Source of the DNA: Bigelowiella natans CCMP2755
Lineage: Eukaryota; Protista; Cercozoa
Reading direction: 5' to 3'
DNA: 64,000 bases
Assembly: GCA_000320545.1 (NCBI GenBank)
Contig: ADNK01003163.1
Coordinates: 1-64,000, forward strand
This document shows, one piece after another, positions 13,206 to 25,499 of this stretch. The position numbers and the translations under genes are program-made. Position 1 is the stretch's first letter. The number at the start of each line of letters is the position of its first letter. The notes beneath the pieces were generated by a model, which saw only the letters and a list, made by a program, of their open reading frames with translations, did not search any database and was not told the origin of the DNA.

Positions 13206-14108
13206 ATGGATCTGACAAATTTTCTCCTAGAAAAAGCAGCATTTTTTCGGTTTGCCTCGGCAGCAGGTATGAGTAAGACACATGGTGTTTTCAGGGTGCG
13301 ACAAGGATTCTGGAGGATTCTAACTTAATAGTAGTGCTCGTAGGTACAACTCGTGCAACACAAACAAAAAGAGCTCCCCCTGAGCCCTCTGAGCCCTCTT
13401 TCTTGGACCCAGGATTGGACTGGAGGAGGAGGAGGAGGAGGAGGAGAAGAGGGGGGCCTCCCTGCAGATTTCGACGAGAACAGTAACATCAGCATGATGA
13501 ATCAAGACTCAAAAGAAGACAGTGATGCTGAGAACAGCGTGAAGGTGATCCTTCAACACACAAGCGGTTGGGACCCAGAGCGGAAGATGAAGAAGGCACA
13601 TGATCTCTTTGAGGAATCCATCAGGTGTCACAGATCACATTTTGACAATGGGACAAGAAGAATGGTTCCGACACTGCTGTGGTATGCGTCGCTAGGTTTC
13701 ACTGTGGAAGAAACGGAAGGAAAATCGACAAGATATCGTCTAGGAAGCTGGCAATGCAGGTCGTTCCATTGAATTAGCGGCGCTTCAGCTCCTTCATCAT
13801 CTAGGATGATAACATCAGGCATCAGCTCTTGGTCACCGAAGTGCTTTGGCAGAGTGCTACTATAGGGGATGGGGAGGTTGTCGTGAAGGAAAAAAAAGAA
13901 AACTACTAAGAAACAACATGTTGCTGTGTAATTCAAGATCTTTTCTTTTCGTAGCGTGCAGCTTATTCTACTCCTTTCAGTGAAGCAAAGTTACGATATG
14001 GCTGTTGAAATATGTCGGGAAGAAGCAAAAGAGGGCATAGCTTATGCACAGTTTAAGTTGGTACTCATCAGAACGATGTTCGTCATAGTTGCATGGCTAC
14101 CTATGTTG

Positions 14109-14148
<40 letters not shown>

Positions 14149-15542
14149 ATCGGTTGTGTTCTTTCTCCGATTACGTAGGGTGTGTGTTACGAGAGAGGGA
14201 GAGGAGTGGAGAAAAATGAGGCAAAAGCGGTAAGAATGTGATGATTCATGGTGCTTGAAATAAGCATAAGATACTCCAGAGAAGAGAAGCTGCTGCTACC
14301 GATAGGTCCAGTGACCGCCTGAGCATGTGTATACGTCCCTTTTCTTCTCAGGTTGAGTGGTATTCTAAGGCAGCCGCACAAGACCACATAAGTGCTTGCG
14401 GAAACCTGGTAGCATTGACAAACATGCTTTATCAGATGCCTTCAATTTCTTTCCTTTTCCTCATGGTTGGAGAGGACTACATACATAAATGTAGCAGGGG
14501 GTTATAATTTCATGTTGATACGCGCGTCTCTTTGACGTTTTCTCTTGCACTTCTCCCCCCGTCGGTTCTTCTTTGTAGGGTGTCTGTTATGAGGAGGGCG
14601 CGGGGGTAACAAGGGACATGAATAAAGCTTTGCTGTACTACGAAAAGGTGCTGCATGCGTGTATGAACTACTATGTGCAACTAATGGTTATGATGGCGAT
14701 GATTATAGTAATGACAGTTGTCTAAGATAAGGATATATCCGTACTAACAAAAAGTTATCATTAATACACTCTAGGCTGCCAATAAAGGGGATATACTAGC
14801 ATATTTCAATCTTGGAATGAACCACGAAGATCACGATGTGGAAAAAGCAAAAAAATGGTATCGCAAAGCCGCTGCTGTAGGTTATCTAGACGCACAAGTG
14901 GAGGTTGCGCGTCTCTGTCAGTCTTCTGGGTAAGAATGGATCTTCCTTGAAAAAGAAAATTAAAGTGGGAAGTTCCCTGCTTAATAGTTTTCCTGATAAT
15001 CGTATTTTAGGGATAAAGAGTCTCTGCGAGAATCTGTGATGTGGTACACCAAGGTTGATTTAGTGTGTTTGTGCTTCAATGTGCAACATCATCTTCAAAA
15101 TACAATAATGTCAGCATATGAATTGCAAAGAGCTATACCACCACCAAACAACCCTCCCAGAATTTCTTTGAATATTCCTTTGAATTTTACCTTTTTGATC
15201 CCTTGTGCGTTGTACTCACGTAGGCTGCGGAGCAGGGCAGTGTTGAATCAATGGAAGAGTTAGCAAGATATTACGAGAAACCGCAGCTTAACGTGCGTAC
15301 AGTATTGCACTAAATCTATCACCGTTTTGTGTACAGAAAGGGACTGAGGAGATGTTCTTCCAGTTCTAATACTATTCACTTCACAACAAAGCGTTGTAGA
15401 TATTGACGCAATGCCACTATTATTTCTCATAGGAATGCTCAGATAATGCGTTGAAGTTAAGCATGCACTGGTATGCAAATACACCAGCACGCCACACACG
15501 GACACATATCCCATACACATCCCATCCCACACACACATGCAG

Positions 15543-15588
<46 letters not shown>

Positions 15589-15867
15589 TTCTACATGTGT
15601 GTGTGTTTGTGCGTGCTTTGTGTGTCATAAGCATGTAAATATTATTGTACATAAATCTTGTATTTGGTTGGTTTTCAGGTACTACAATGCTTTGAAAAAG
15701 GTGAGTTTGCAAGTCCTTACATTTGACACACTTACACACGAGATTAACCATACATACTGTTTCTGTAGAACTCTAAATTTGCAGTGAAATCTCTTTCGAC
15801 CGACGCTAGCACTCGTCAAAAAGCTATGCATTTTCTGGAAAGTCAGCGCAAGGTAATAAGCAGTTGA
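13206..15867 (+). CDS. Sel1-like repeat (SLR) protein, multi-exon
   Basis: Exons give typical SLR units: EAKEGIAYAQFKL, VEWYSKAAAQDHISACGNL|GVCYEEGAGVTRDMNKALLYYEK|AANKGDILAYFNLG, KAKKWYRKAAAVGYLDAQVEVA, ESVMWYTK|AAEQGSVESMEELARYYE. Start and end approximate. Confidence 0.85.
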
Positions 15868-16096
15868 ATCGAACAACACTTGCACTAGCTAGGCCATAGC
15901 TTTGAGATGCTATGTACTATTCCTTACAGGATTCCCTGAGGACCATTCAGTGTGACTTAAACAACCTGGAAATGCTGCACGAAAGCATTTTAGAAGCAAT
16001 GCAGGGAGACTTTTTATCAATCCTAACACAACTGTAGTTTGGCTCGCTTTAAAGCATGCCGCATCTGTCATGTATGTATATATGTATGTATGTATG

Positions 16097-16149
16097 TATA
16101 TGAGACGGATGTAATGAATCATTAATTTTTCCTAAATGTCATCCTAGTG
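16097..16149 (+). repeat. Short dispersed repeat, copy 2 (sibling at 1597-1650)
   Basis: tatatgagacggatgtaatgaatc...tgtcatcctagtg. Confidence 0.65.
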
Positions 16150-16870
16150 CAGCTTTGCAAAGTATACATATGTATGTACTATGTTGTTCTTAACTGCTAA
16201 TGTGCCCAGAACAATGCAGCGTACTGAAATCATGTCGTAGCATGATGGCAGGATCGTGCATGTATGGCGTAGCGCAGTCAGCTAGATTGATGCCATTGAT
16301 CATCCAACTATATTGTTCCACATACTATCATGCTAGTGCTACAATTTTTGTATTAGGTGCTATGTAGTCTTATTAGGATAGTTCCTAAATGCTGGAGCGT
16401 TCACGTCCATGCGTGAAACGTACTGTGCATATTACAATTGTCATTGTGATGATGGAAGCGCGCAGCCCGACATGTTTTTTCAATTAGAGATCGTTACAAT
16501 TACGCAAGCACAAATCGTAAGACGGAATGACAAGGCGTATGAGCAAGGGAGCCTCTTTATTATTTCGAAAAGATATTGTACCAAGATCTCTAGGCCGCAA
16601 TAATGATCCGGCTTATACGACACATTTATTGTTCTTGGCACTGCATTATATCCCCATGAGGCTACTTCACACAATTTTTGCTGCTTGGGTTGTTTTCAAC
16701 CCAACAGCGACATTTATTCCACAAAACCCTCCTATAATGCGAATATGTGTTTGTATTATCGTACAAGCTATCTACGCTTTCATATCATTTCTTGGGGAGT
16801 AGCTCTGTCAATTTTCCCTGTATCAAATTTCGAAGTTGTCACATGTCAGTTTTTGAAACTTCACGTGAAA

Positions 16871-17186
16871 TTACACAGAACCAGCCGAAGTATTAGTTGA
16901 ATTATGTGTCAGAGGCGCGCTCGATGAGGGAAAAGTAGCATGCAAACGGTAATACCCAATATCATCAACACATAACAAAAGTATGAACAACCACTTTGTG
17001 ATCTAACAATATTAATATCGCACCAGCACAAATCTTTCCAAATAGTCCCTCTCCGGTGGTAAATTGTAGCTCACTAATGCCACCATTTTCGTGCGCTTAG
17101 CTGTGGATTTTATGATGTAGTTTGAGAACTAAAATTAGCATCAATAGGGGATTGGTAGGTATGCATCTTTCTGACGAGAAGGAAGT

Positions 17187-17217
<31 letters not shown>

Positions 17218-17858
17218 CGGGTATGCGACACGAAAGCATAGGAGCAACAGAGACAGCACCACCTAATCGTTGTGCAAGAGAACTTCTTGTCCCATCGTCT
17301 TCTCCCAAAATGGTTGTGGCGCTGGGCACTGGGTCCTGTAATTCAATGGAATGACGGCAGGGAAAAAAACTGGCTGTGTGGCGGTGAGAAAGACTGCGGG
17401 GGTAAAACTACCATGCTTGAAAGCACTGAGATACTGAGATTGGCCATCTGTGGCGGCTGTGAGCCAACCCACACGTAGAAACTCCCTTTCATCTTTATCA
17501 GTTGTATATAAACAGGGGTGTCCATGAACCTGGTAGGTATTCTTCCTTAGAGTATTGCATATATCAATTAGACGCTCTCAACTTATCAACAACGTGATGA
17601 TACCGATACGAATGCAGCGAGACTGATATATCCTCCTCATCCTTCGACTTCTCGTCTGTAGCGCTAGAGGAAGCATCAACCTCGACTTTTGGCGCCTGCT
17701 TCTCCTGAGTGCCGTCCTCTTTTGGTGAAGGGACTCCTAGATCAGCCTTAGGAACCTGCTTTTCCTCTCCCCCCTCCCCTTTTGTGGACCTGTTTAAGGT
17801 TGTAATGTTCGAACATAGAATTAATAGACGTATCGAGTCCTTTTATTTCGTCTCCCAT
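16871..17858 (-). CDS. PSMG4: Proteasome assembly chaperone 4 (PAC4)
   Basis: Spliced: FMDTPVYIQLIKMKGSFYVWVGSQPPQMANLSISV...SATTILGEDDGTRSSLAQRL|AKRTKMVALVSYNLP, matching the PAC4 signature LAQRLARKxxxxVFVSYNL. ATG at 17858; 3' end uncertain. Confidence 0.85.
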
Positions 17859-18109
17859 CTCTCCACGGCAACCACTCCCTCGTTGTAGCGAGAGGGGAGA
17901 AAGGAAGTTGTCCTACATGCTCGTTTCGACGATGCGGTGAGCCTCAAGCCGCAGCCGTCGGGCAGATGTCGTCTACGTTGGGCTTGTTGTTGCAAATCTG
18001 GACAATTTTGTGTGCTTAGAACATCTCATTCGCGACTTCGTATGTTTGCACAGGATCATCATTGGCAATGTTATCAAAAGTTGTCATCGAATTTGGTTCG
18101 AAATATGTG

Positions 18110-19380
18110 CATGTTTCACCTTGAGACTGCGCAATGTCCGCTTGAGACAACTGCTCATTCGGCTTCATTCGTGCATTTTCTTCTTTCATTCTTTCATTCT
18201 TTCATTCATTCTTTCTTTCTTCGTTGTTTTCAGCTCGAGGCACTGCGTTTCGCACTTTGCAAGTGTCATGATGTTTCTTGTTTCTCATTTGGCTGCTAGT
18301 TGTGATGCATTCAATGTTTAGTTCGTGCCAATTTGCATGAACCCCGCTAGTTTGCTGGTCAGTCCTCACTGAAGCCAGTTCGAGGCACTGCATTTCGCGC
18401 ATTGCAAGTGTCTTGTCACACTTTGGAAATGCAGCATTTCATCATTGTTCTCATTGTTCTTGTTTCTTTCCCAGCCGCTCGAAGTGCGTCCAGCTTGTCA
18501 GCAGTGTTGTGCACGTCTTGTTGGAGTGTGGAAGTGAACACGACACGATCAATCAATCTTCTTTGTCTTCTCCTTCTTCTTCTTCCTCTTCTTCCCCTTC
18601 TTCTGGGACCAAACGAACCAATGTCATCTTGCTACCTTGCAATGAGTTGCGGCTGGGATGCAGCAAAGGACGACGACGCGCTAGCGCGACTCAAACACTG
18701 ACCGGCCAACTCAGTTGTGTCCAGCAAGTGCACCTGCCCTGTCTTGTTTCAGAAACAAAGTTGTCGTCGTCGATTGATGACCATCAATCAGGATCAGGAT
18801 CAAATTGGTGCATTGCAACAACCACAAAAAGAAAAAAATCTACATGGAAATCGAAGGACGAGTGAGGCAGTGGACACAAGACGTCATGCTTGCTTCAGAT
18901 GGCAAGAGGAAATCAAGGGAGAAGTGCTCAAGCAAGCCAGCAAGCGTGTGAAGGCACAGAAGCACAGATGCAACTTGTGGGTGCACGGTGCACTTGGACC
19001 GCGCTAGCGCGCGCACAGGAACGCCTCGCACAGCTTGGCAAAAACCTGAGCACTTGTGCTGGTGTGGCGACACGTGCACGAACCTGCACAACCCAGACAA
19101 TTTGCATGCACGTGTGAGAAAGTGGGACGCACGATGGCTAATGCATGCGGCCAGCGTCCTGCTTGGGCACATGCACCCAACTGGTCCAAACGTGCACAAA
19201 CACACATTGCAGCAATGCATCTGGGCAATGTCAGGGCACGCGTTACGCTTGTCCGACATGCGTGATCACGCGTCGTTCTAGCGCTGTTCGTTGTGCACGC
19301 CAAGAAGCATGCATGCAGCAGGACCAGAGTGAGCTAGGACGCAGCACAGCCGTTAGATTCCACAATGCAAACAATGATGC
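18110..19380. mobile_element. Unclassified repeat island, TpA-depleted, between the PSMG4 5' end and the NTH1 3' end
   Basis: About a dozen TpA in ~1.27 kb, nearly all CTA/TAG; two inverted copies of the cagtgcctcgaact motif (18231-18262, 18364-18407). Confidence 0.7.
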
Positions 19381-19405
19381 ACGCTTATGTGTTCCATGGT
19401 GTCTG

Positions 19406-20408
19406 TCACTGTTCTGGGTCACGTCGCTTACGCTTTGGCGAGCTAAGAGCAGTAGCAACATTCACTGTTGCCAATGCGTAGGGACACAGATCCTTGACGT
19501 TGCATTTGGAGCAAAGAGGCTTTCGAGCCTTGCAAATTGTCTGACCGAGTCCCACAAGCATGGGATTGATTTCTGCCCAATGTTCCTGCAACATTTGCGA
19601 TTAAATGTGTGGAAAAATCATAGGGGCAACAACGAGTAAGTAGGAAATGACCTTATATTTGTTATTCTCAAACGTTTATATTACTACATTACCCTTGGAA
19701 GCCACGTTTCTAAGGCCTTTCTCGTCTGCTCGGGATTTGTACTCTACACGAATCAACATCATTTTGATCAACACTAGCAGCTGCATCAGGAAAGAAGAAT
19801 TGTGTGTCTTTTTGTGGATGATATCTGTACGGTGAATAATGCAACTGTGTTCTCCATACATTGACCCAACCAAGCCGATTGGAGATTCGGTGCACGTGCA
19901 CGTCCACACCGATACCGACACTGCGCCCCCAAGCAGTTTGCATGCACAAGTAGGCCATCTTTGGCCCAACACCTGGCAAACATACAACGGCACTAGAATT
20001 ACCATTACCGACAAGTACCCTGCTTCCGTAGTACCCTTTCCTCAGTTTAAAATCAATTTTATCAGCTTATAATCAACGTATTCATGGCTACATACCGGGA
20101 AGCTTGCACATTTCCGTGACGTTCGCAGGAATATCGCCGTCGTATCTCTGAGACAAAATCTCCGCAGTCTGCTTCAGATACTGTGCTTTTCGACGGTAAA
20201 ACCCTGGAGAGGGTTGAGCACAGAATCATATAAATAAAATCATCGCATAATAAGCAGGGAGGGGGGTCAAGCCTGGACAAAGTTCGGCACCGAAGACGGA
20301 TAAACCCAGGTCGCATCATAACGATTACAGAGAGGAAATTCGTTCATCTTTTAAACAAAAACTCATTCCAGCATTCCCAACGGCGTGTGTTGGCAACAGC
20401 AACAACAT

Positions 20409-20453
<45 letters not shown>

Positions 20454-20815
20454 CCTACCGGCCACACTACCTGCAGGATAGATAAGCTTTTCAAGTGTCG
20501 CCGCAGACGCCGTTCTAACGCTCTCCACGGTCAACCCCCCCTGCTCAGCAAATGGCCACAAATTTCACACGACGAAACGTCGGGGAAGAAGGAAACATAT
20601 GATAGGCTCATAAGAATGAAAATAGTTATAGGAAGCGAAGGAAGAAGACCCTAAAACACTGCAACCTCTAAATTCACTTGCAGATTTTTCATCGCCTGAG
20701 CTGTGATTGGATCTGATGTCTGTGAGCTTAGCATCAAAGCAGTTAGACTTTGATAGCGCATCGTTGCAGCGGCCACACCCGGCTGAGGAAGATGAATACC
20801 AAGGAAGGAAGGGGG

Positions 20816-20847
<32 letters not shown>

Positions 20848-21985
20848 TCTGTCTGCTAGACTACTACGTTTTCCCCTAATACAACAGCTGCTAACAACTC
20901 AAATTTGCCTTGGTTTCACCTCTGCAAGTCGTTCACAGCCCATAAGATCTACCGGCGCTTCTTCCCCATGCTCTAATAAAGAATAATCAGGCGAGAAACA
21001 ACGATGAGGGGATCATCATCTCACAACAAATATTATTATGGGTAACCGGCAATCATACATACATACATACATACATACATAAATTTATAGGTAGTTCTAC
21101 AACAACACCTATTGGCACCTCTCATAGCTCGAATACTGTTGTAAACTTTTTCCCAATTCTTTGGGGATGTTGGCTGCTCTCTTGCGACTTCATCAGCCTC
21201 CATACTCTGTCCTTTGCTCTTGTCTCGCTCTTTCACGTCATCACGCTCTTTCACGTCATCATTTGGGTTGGAAGCATCGCCGTCATTACTACTAAAGGTA
21301 CAGAGTACCCTGCTCGTTATTGGGATAGAATGTGTGCGTTTTACACGTCCATTTCTTGCAATCCTGGCCCCGTTCTTACGCATTGTAGGTAAAGCTCCTC
21401 CATTTAGGGCACACTCTTCGATATCATCACACCAAGCTGCCGCTGTGCAAGTTGTCGAAGTGAGTTTTATTCCGCCATTTTTCTTTTGCTTCCCCCGCTG
21501 GCAAAGAACTGAGCCCCCCTTTCCCCCTCCACCCGAAAGGCAGCTTCTTCTTCTCATGAGGTTGGAGTTTGGGGATCCTCCTCTTGATGGCGCATATACT
21601 ACGAATGGATTGCCTAACCCATACTCTCTTATGTGAAATGGAACGCTTCTCCTGACTACTCTCTCGCATGAGCTTCCCAGTCTCACCACAAAAGGTAACG
21701 CAGAAGCAGCGATGTTTTTACAGGTGCTGCTCTGTGTGATACAGCGGTTGGTTAGTAACATTGGCGTCACAAGAAGTACAAGGAGGAGGGCTGCCGAAAA
21801 TAAGACTATCAGGCGTTTGGCAGGAATAAGGCGAACAGCAGCCCAGCGAACGAGGAGGACACGGAGGGGCGTAAAAGGCTTACAACAATCTACTAGATGA
21901 GTTGATGATCCTCGAGATGGAGCTCTCTTCATTCCCTTTTGTTTCGCATATCATACAACAAAATGACGATGGTGACGACAATGAC

Positions 21986-22027
<42 letters not shown>

Positions 22028-22400
22028 AAGGAGCAACCGCTGATCGATCCCTCAAAACAACGGCTTCCAAACTGGGGTTATTACCCGAGGGAGGGAGAGG
22101 CAAGTTGATTGTGGCAGCTGCTCGTGTGACGACGGCAAATTGACCGTGATTTTGGCCTTGCGACAAGGTTTTAATTGACGGGGATTTTGACATTGCGACA
22201 CGGTTTCATCGCCTTACGAAGTGGAGATTTTGGGCCCTGCGACAATTGCGGGGACGCCGATGGCCACGACGGTGGCCGCTTGCTCGCGAGCAGGATGGAT
22301 CTGGCCTTACTCCAAGGCTAGAGCATCTATGCGGAACATGGCGCACAAATTGTTCCTCCATGGTAAGGGCAAGACGTTGCCATACATTCGCTTTCGGCAT
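19406..22400 (-). CDS. NTH1: Endonuclease III-like DNA glycosylase/AP lyase (HhH-GPD, 4Fe-4S)
   Basis: Exons: [15 protein letters not shown]|[73 protein letters not shown]...[48 protein letters not shown] (FeS cluster). Start uncertain (22400 or 21932). Confidence 0.95.
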
Positions 22401-22566
22401 CGTAATTCAAGAAAAAGAGGAACGAGAAGGGATTCCTCACTCTCGACAGGGTAAGTGACGGATGATGAACGTCGCCCGACGCTTACACGACAATCATCAT
22501 GCGTTACTGAATTCACATTCACTTCTTGTGTCTGAACGATAACAGTTTCTACACTACCTCACGTAT
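22401..22566. promoter_or_regulatory. Probable compact bidirectional promoter between NTH1 and the ABC1 kinase
   Basis: Divergent candidate start codons only ~166 bp apart; inference from arrangement only. Confidence 0.3.
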
Positions 22567-24885
22567 ATGTGCAGTGTCAATGTCCTCCGTGTGATAATCG
22601 GAATAACGGCTGCTGGAGGGGCAGCAATGGCAGGAGGTATTTGGAGCCTCAGGCGCTCGAAGAACGAACATGCAAGACAAATGCAAGAGCAGCAGCTTCT
22701 GGTCTTACCAGAGGGAGACAATCCTTTGCTAGAAAGTTATCGACGATATCAGTCCAACTTCATCTCCTCTAAAGACATCACGGCCGCGCAGGTATGTACG
22801 TCCGACGCTAGCAACATTTATGACCATCGAGACCATCATTATCGTAACTAATCATTGCCTGACGCGTCCTTTCCCACAGGCAGTCTTTCGAGCTTTACAA
22901 CTTTCCCTATATTCACTTCCGTGCTTGATCTCTCTTCCCTTCGCACTATTGCTGCCCTTCTTGCAAGAGTCGTGGAATGAGCTGCTCGCCGAGACGCTCC
23001 AAGCATGCGGCACAACGTGGATAAAGCTGGGGCAGTGGATGTCCACTCGCCCTGATTTATTCCCTAAAACAATATGCGATCGGCTCGCTGATTTGCAAGA
23101 CCGTGTACAGCCGGATGACGAAGTTTCCATTCGTTCCTCGATCCAAAGGAGCTTACAGCAGCAGCAACAGCACCAACCACGGCAATCTCTTGACGATGTC
23201 TTCAGCGAGTTGGAACCGTCTCCTGTTGCCTCCGGTAGCATCGCTCAAGTGCATCGAGGGGTGTTGAGAGCGTCGGGAGATGTCGTTGCGGTGAAGGTCC
23301 TGAGAGGAGGAGTGAGGGAAAGTGTTGCAGTAGATGTGTATCTTCTACAGGCTATAGGAAGGTAATAGGAAGAAGAGAGTCTTGATGGAGAAGGAGGAAG
23401 TGTAGGAGGAGGAGCAAGGGGAAATGGAATGACTACTACTACGACTACTATCGCTACTAATACTACTGTCACATTGTACTCTTTCTACGAGCTGCGTTCC
23501 ATTCCTAAGCCAACGCTCCATGAACGTAAGAGGATGATATGATATTACATAAATTTCTCAAAACCCAATACGTCTTCTATCAACCCCCTCCTTTGAATCC
23601 ACTGAAACTATTCTGTTCTCACTGGTACTATCTCTTCCCCCAGGTTGCTAGATTCGTATGACGGATTTAAGTATCTTGGAGTATCGTCTACAGTAAATGA
23701 CTTTACAATGATGCTATGCACTCAGCTTGACCTACGAGTCGAGCAAAGGAATATTGAGGTATTTTCCTTTGCCATTTGATGATGACGATGATGACGATGA
23801 TGATAACTGGCACGATGTTTAGTAGCAGGCGCTATTAGGCAAATAAGAATCAGCACAAAGAAGAAACTAGACGCAATCTTCTTCTCCTTCTTCTTCTTCT
23901 TCTTCTTCTTCTTCTTCTTCTTCTGCATCTTCCTCTTCCCTCCTGAAGAGCGCCCTATTCCCTCACACGCGTACAACTACTTTATTGTAGACATTCAAGA
24001 GGATTTTCGCTCGAAATTCAGCTGTACGGTTTCCCTTTGTGTTTCCTGAGTTGTCAGGGTAAAGAGCTACTAGCTATAAGGGAAAGACTAGGAAACGTGT
24101 TCTCTTATTTGTATGCATAGCGTTGACAGTAGCATAAGTAAATGGCACATCATTGTCTTTGCCTTCACCCCCCTCCTCTCATGTACTTTGTTCTCCCCCC
24201 TCCGTTCGAATCGACATGATAGAGCATCAATGTTGGTGGAGAAGTATGAAAACGGGTTGACGTTGGCTGAGGCAAAGCGGCGTGGTGGAGGCGTAGGGAT
24301 GATTAACAACGGCTCGCCTACGGGAAGAGCGCTAGCACAATCGATAATGGATGTAAGTGAATGAAAAGAGCGGAAGGAGGGGAGAGAGGAGGAAGGGGAA
24401 TGAATCTTGATGGTGGGGACAACTGTTGCTGTTTCTGATGATGACGATGGTGCTGACCTTGCTTAAATTTATAAGAGCAGCCTGGACAACTTTTTTTAAC
24501 TTTTCGGCTATTTTCTGTTTTGCTGGAAAATGTCCTGCAGATTATCATAGATTTTATAGTTATCACCTATCCTTTTTGGTTTTGTCCCTACCAGGTATAC
24601 TCAACGATGCTGCTTCACAATTACGTCCACGCCGACCTCCATCCGGCTAACATCTTAGTGAAAATGGCAGACCCACAGCTGAGAAGTAGCTACGACAATA
24701 GTAATAGTTCGATGCAGTTGATTCGCGAGTCACTGGCGCGTAAATTGAGAGTGGAGGAAGGGAGTTACGGGTTAAAGAAATTAGGAGTCGAAGTTGTCAT
24801 ATTGGACTGTGGCCTTGTCGCTCAATTACCCAGGGTACAACCTTGATGGATTAAAATAACGATAACAATTTATTCCAAAACACAC

Positions 24886-24921
<36 letters not shown>

Positions 24922-25490
24922 TATAGTGGTTTTTCTTGTTTTCTATGGTTGGTCTATATTTATAAAAAATGAAGACAACAACTGATGTGCAAATAAAATG
25001 TTACCTGCGTCGTGACTATTCTATCAAATTAAGTGTTCTGTCATTCCTTATTTTATTAACTGCACATACAATTATACTGCAGGCAGAGGCACGCGCTGTA
25101 TTGTCAATATTGAACGACACGTTACATGGCCGGTATGAGGCGGCGACCCAATCCTTCCTCTCGACTTGCGCGATACCGGACGCGGTACTGAATCTTCCGA
25201 AACTAAGGGATAAAATTCGGTCGTTTCTACAACGGGCTCACCAGATTCAGAAGCAAGGACAACAGCAGGGCGCTTATCTTGAATCCTTGCAAGATTTAGC
25301 CCAAATTCGAAGAGAGCACAGATTTGCTATGCGGAGCAACTTCACGCCGTTCATAGTAAGTAGCCTTTTGGTTGAGGGGACGACTGCTGGGCATTGTCAA
25401 GTCGTTGACTCGCTCATCCAAACTCTAGGTGGCGAAGATGGAGGCTTCGCGAGTGAGCTACTAGATCTGTACATTGATGCAACTCTCTAG
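22567..25490 (+). CDS. ABC1/UbiB atypical kinase, ADCK2-like (multi-exon)
   Basis: GTTWIKLGQWMSTRPDLFP...LADLQD, PVASGSIAQVHRGVL...VAVKV, QLDLRVE, LLHNYVHADLHPANILV, VILDCGL; stop at 25490. Confidence 0.92.
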
Positions 25491-25499
25491 GGGCAACGT

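Noticed and set aside
19406-22400. NTH1 glycosylase as the agent of TpA erasure because it abuts a TA-void island
   Set aside because: It is an ordinary, conserved endonuclease III; islands occur next to all kinds of genes. No deaminase or methyltransferase motif was found in the window.
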